Part shown: piece after piece, positions 63,532-64,000 of the stretch
How positions within the stretch are numbered: position 1 is the first letter of the stretch
Layout of the letters: every line of letters begins with the position of its first letter
Source of the DNA: Bugula neritina
Lineage: Eukaryota; Animalia; Bryozoa
Assembly: GCA_964035545.1 (NCBI GenBank)
Contig: OZ037771.1
Coordinates: 15,471,289-15,535,288 of the forward strand
DNA: 64,000 nt
Direction of reading: 5' to 3'
Program-made: the position numbers and the translations under genes
The notes under the pieces: generated by a model
Told to the model about the DNA's origin: nothing
Seen by the model: only the letters and a program-made list of their open reading frames with translations
The model's database searches: none

Positions 63532-64000
63532 GTACTGTGTATGTATAGAAAGGTAAGTACTGTGTATGTATAGAAAGGTAAGTACTGTGTATGTATAGAA
63601 AGGTAAGTACTGTGTATGTATAGAAAGGTAAGTACTGTGTATGTATAGAAAGGTAAGTACTGTGTATGTATAGAAAGGTAAGTACTGTGTATATATAGAA
63701 AGGTAAGTACTGTGTATGTATAGAAAGGTAAGTACTGTGTATGTATAGAAAGGTAAGTACTGTGTATGTATAGAAAGGTAAGTACTGTGTATGTATAGAA
63801 AGGTAAGTACTGTGTATGTATAGAAAGGTAAGTACTGTGTATGTATAGAAAGGTAAGTACTGTGTACGTATAGAAAGATAAGTACTGTGTACGTATAGAA
63901 AGGTAAGTACTGTGTACGTATAGAAAGGTAAGTACTGTGTACGTATAGAAAGGTAAGTACTGTGTACGTATAGAAAGGTAAGTACTGTGTATGTATAGAA
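63532..64000. repeat. 25-nt tandem repeat running off the right edge
   Basis: Unit TACTGTGTATGTATAGAAAGGTAAG, at least 18 copies. Confidence 0.95.

Noticed and set aside
1-64000. Species assignment
   Set aside because: Gene set and introns indicate a ciliated invertebrate metazoan, but the taxon cannot be determined without a database search.

Overview
AT-rich, intron-rich eukaryotic (invertebrate metazoan) genomic DNA, not prokaryotic. Manual GT-AG splicing with consistent phases gives eight protein-coding genes, left to right: MICU2/3-like (-, 3' end off-window), FGF9/16/20-like (+), NSDHL (-), CCDC22 (+), an unrecognised signal peptide/EGF-like/TM protein (-), a CXorf58 homolog (-), IFT80 (+, hosting intronic tRNA-Gly(TCC) and tRNA-Leu(TAA)) and TBC1D24/skywalker (-, 5' end not located). 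The most striking feature is that many gene-body introns carry their own private tandem repeat (about 7-44 nt units). In several introns the unit is a copy of that intron's own splice junction, so donors or acceptors are multiplied, including one array of in-frame 15-nt microexon-like units. The head-to-head MICU2/3-FGF pair matches the vertebrate MICU2-FGF9 and MICU3-FGF20 pairs. Most long ORFs in the supplied track are artefacts of these repeats. Gene identities rest on recalled family motifs; no database search was run.
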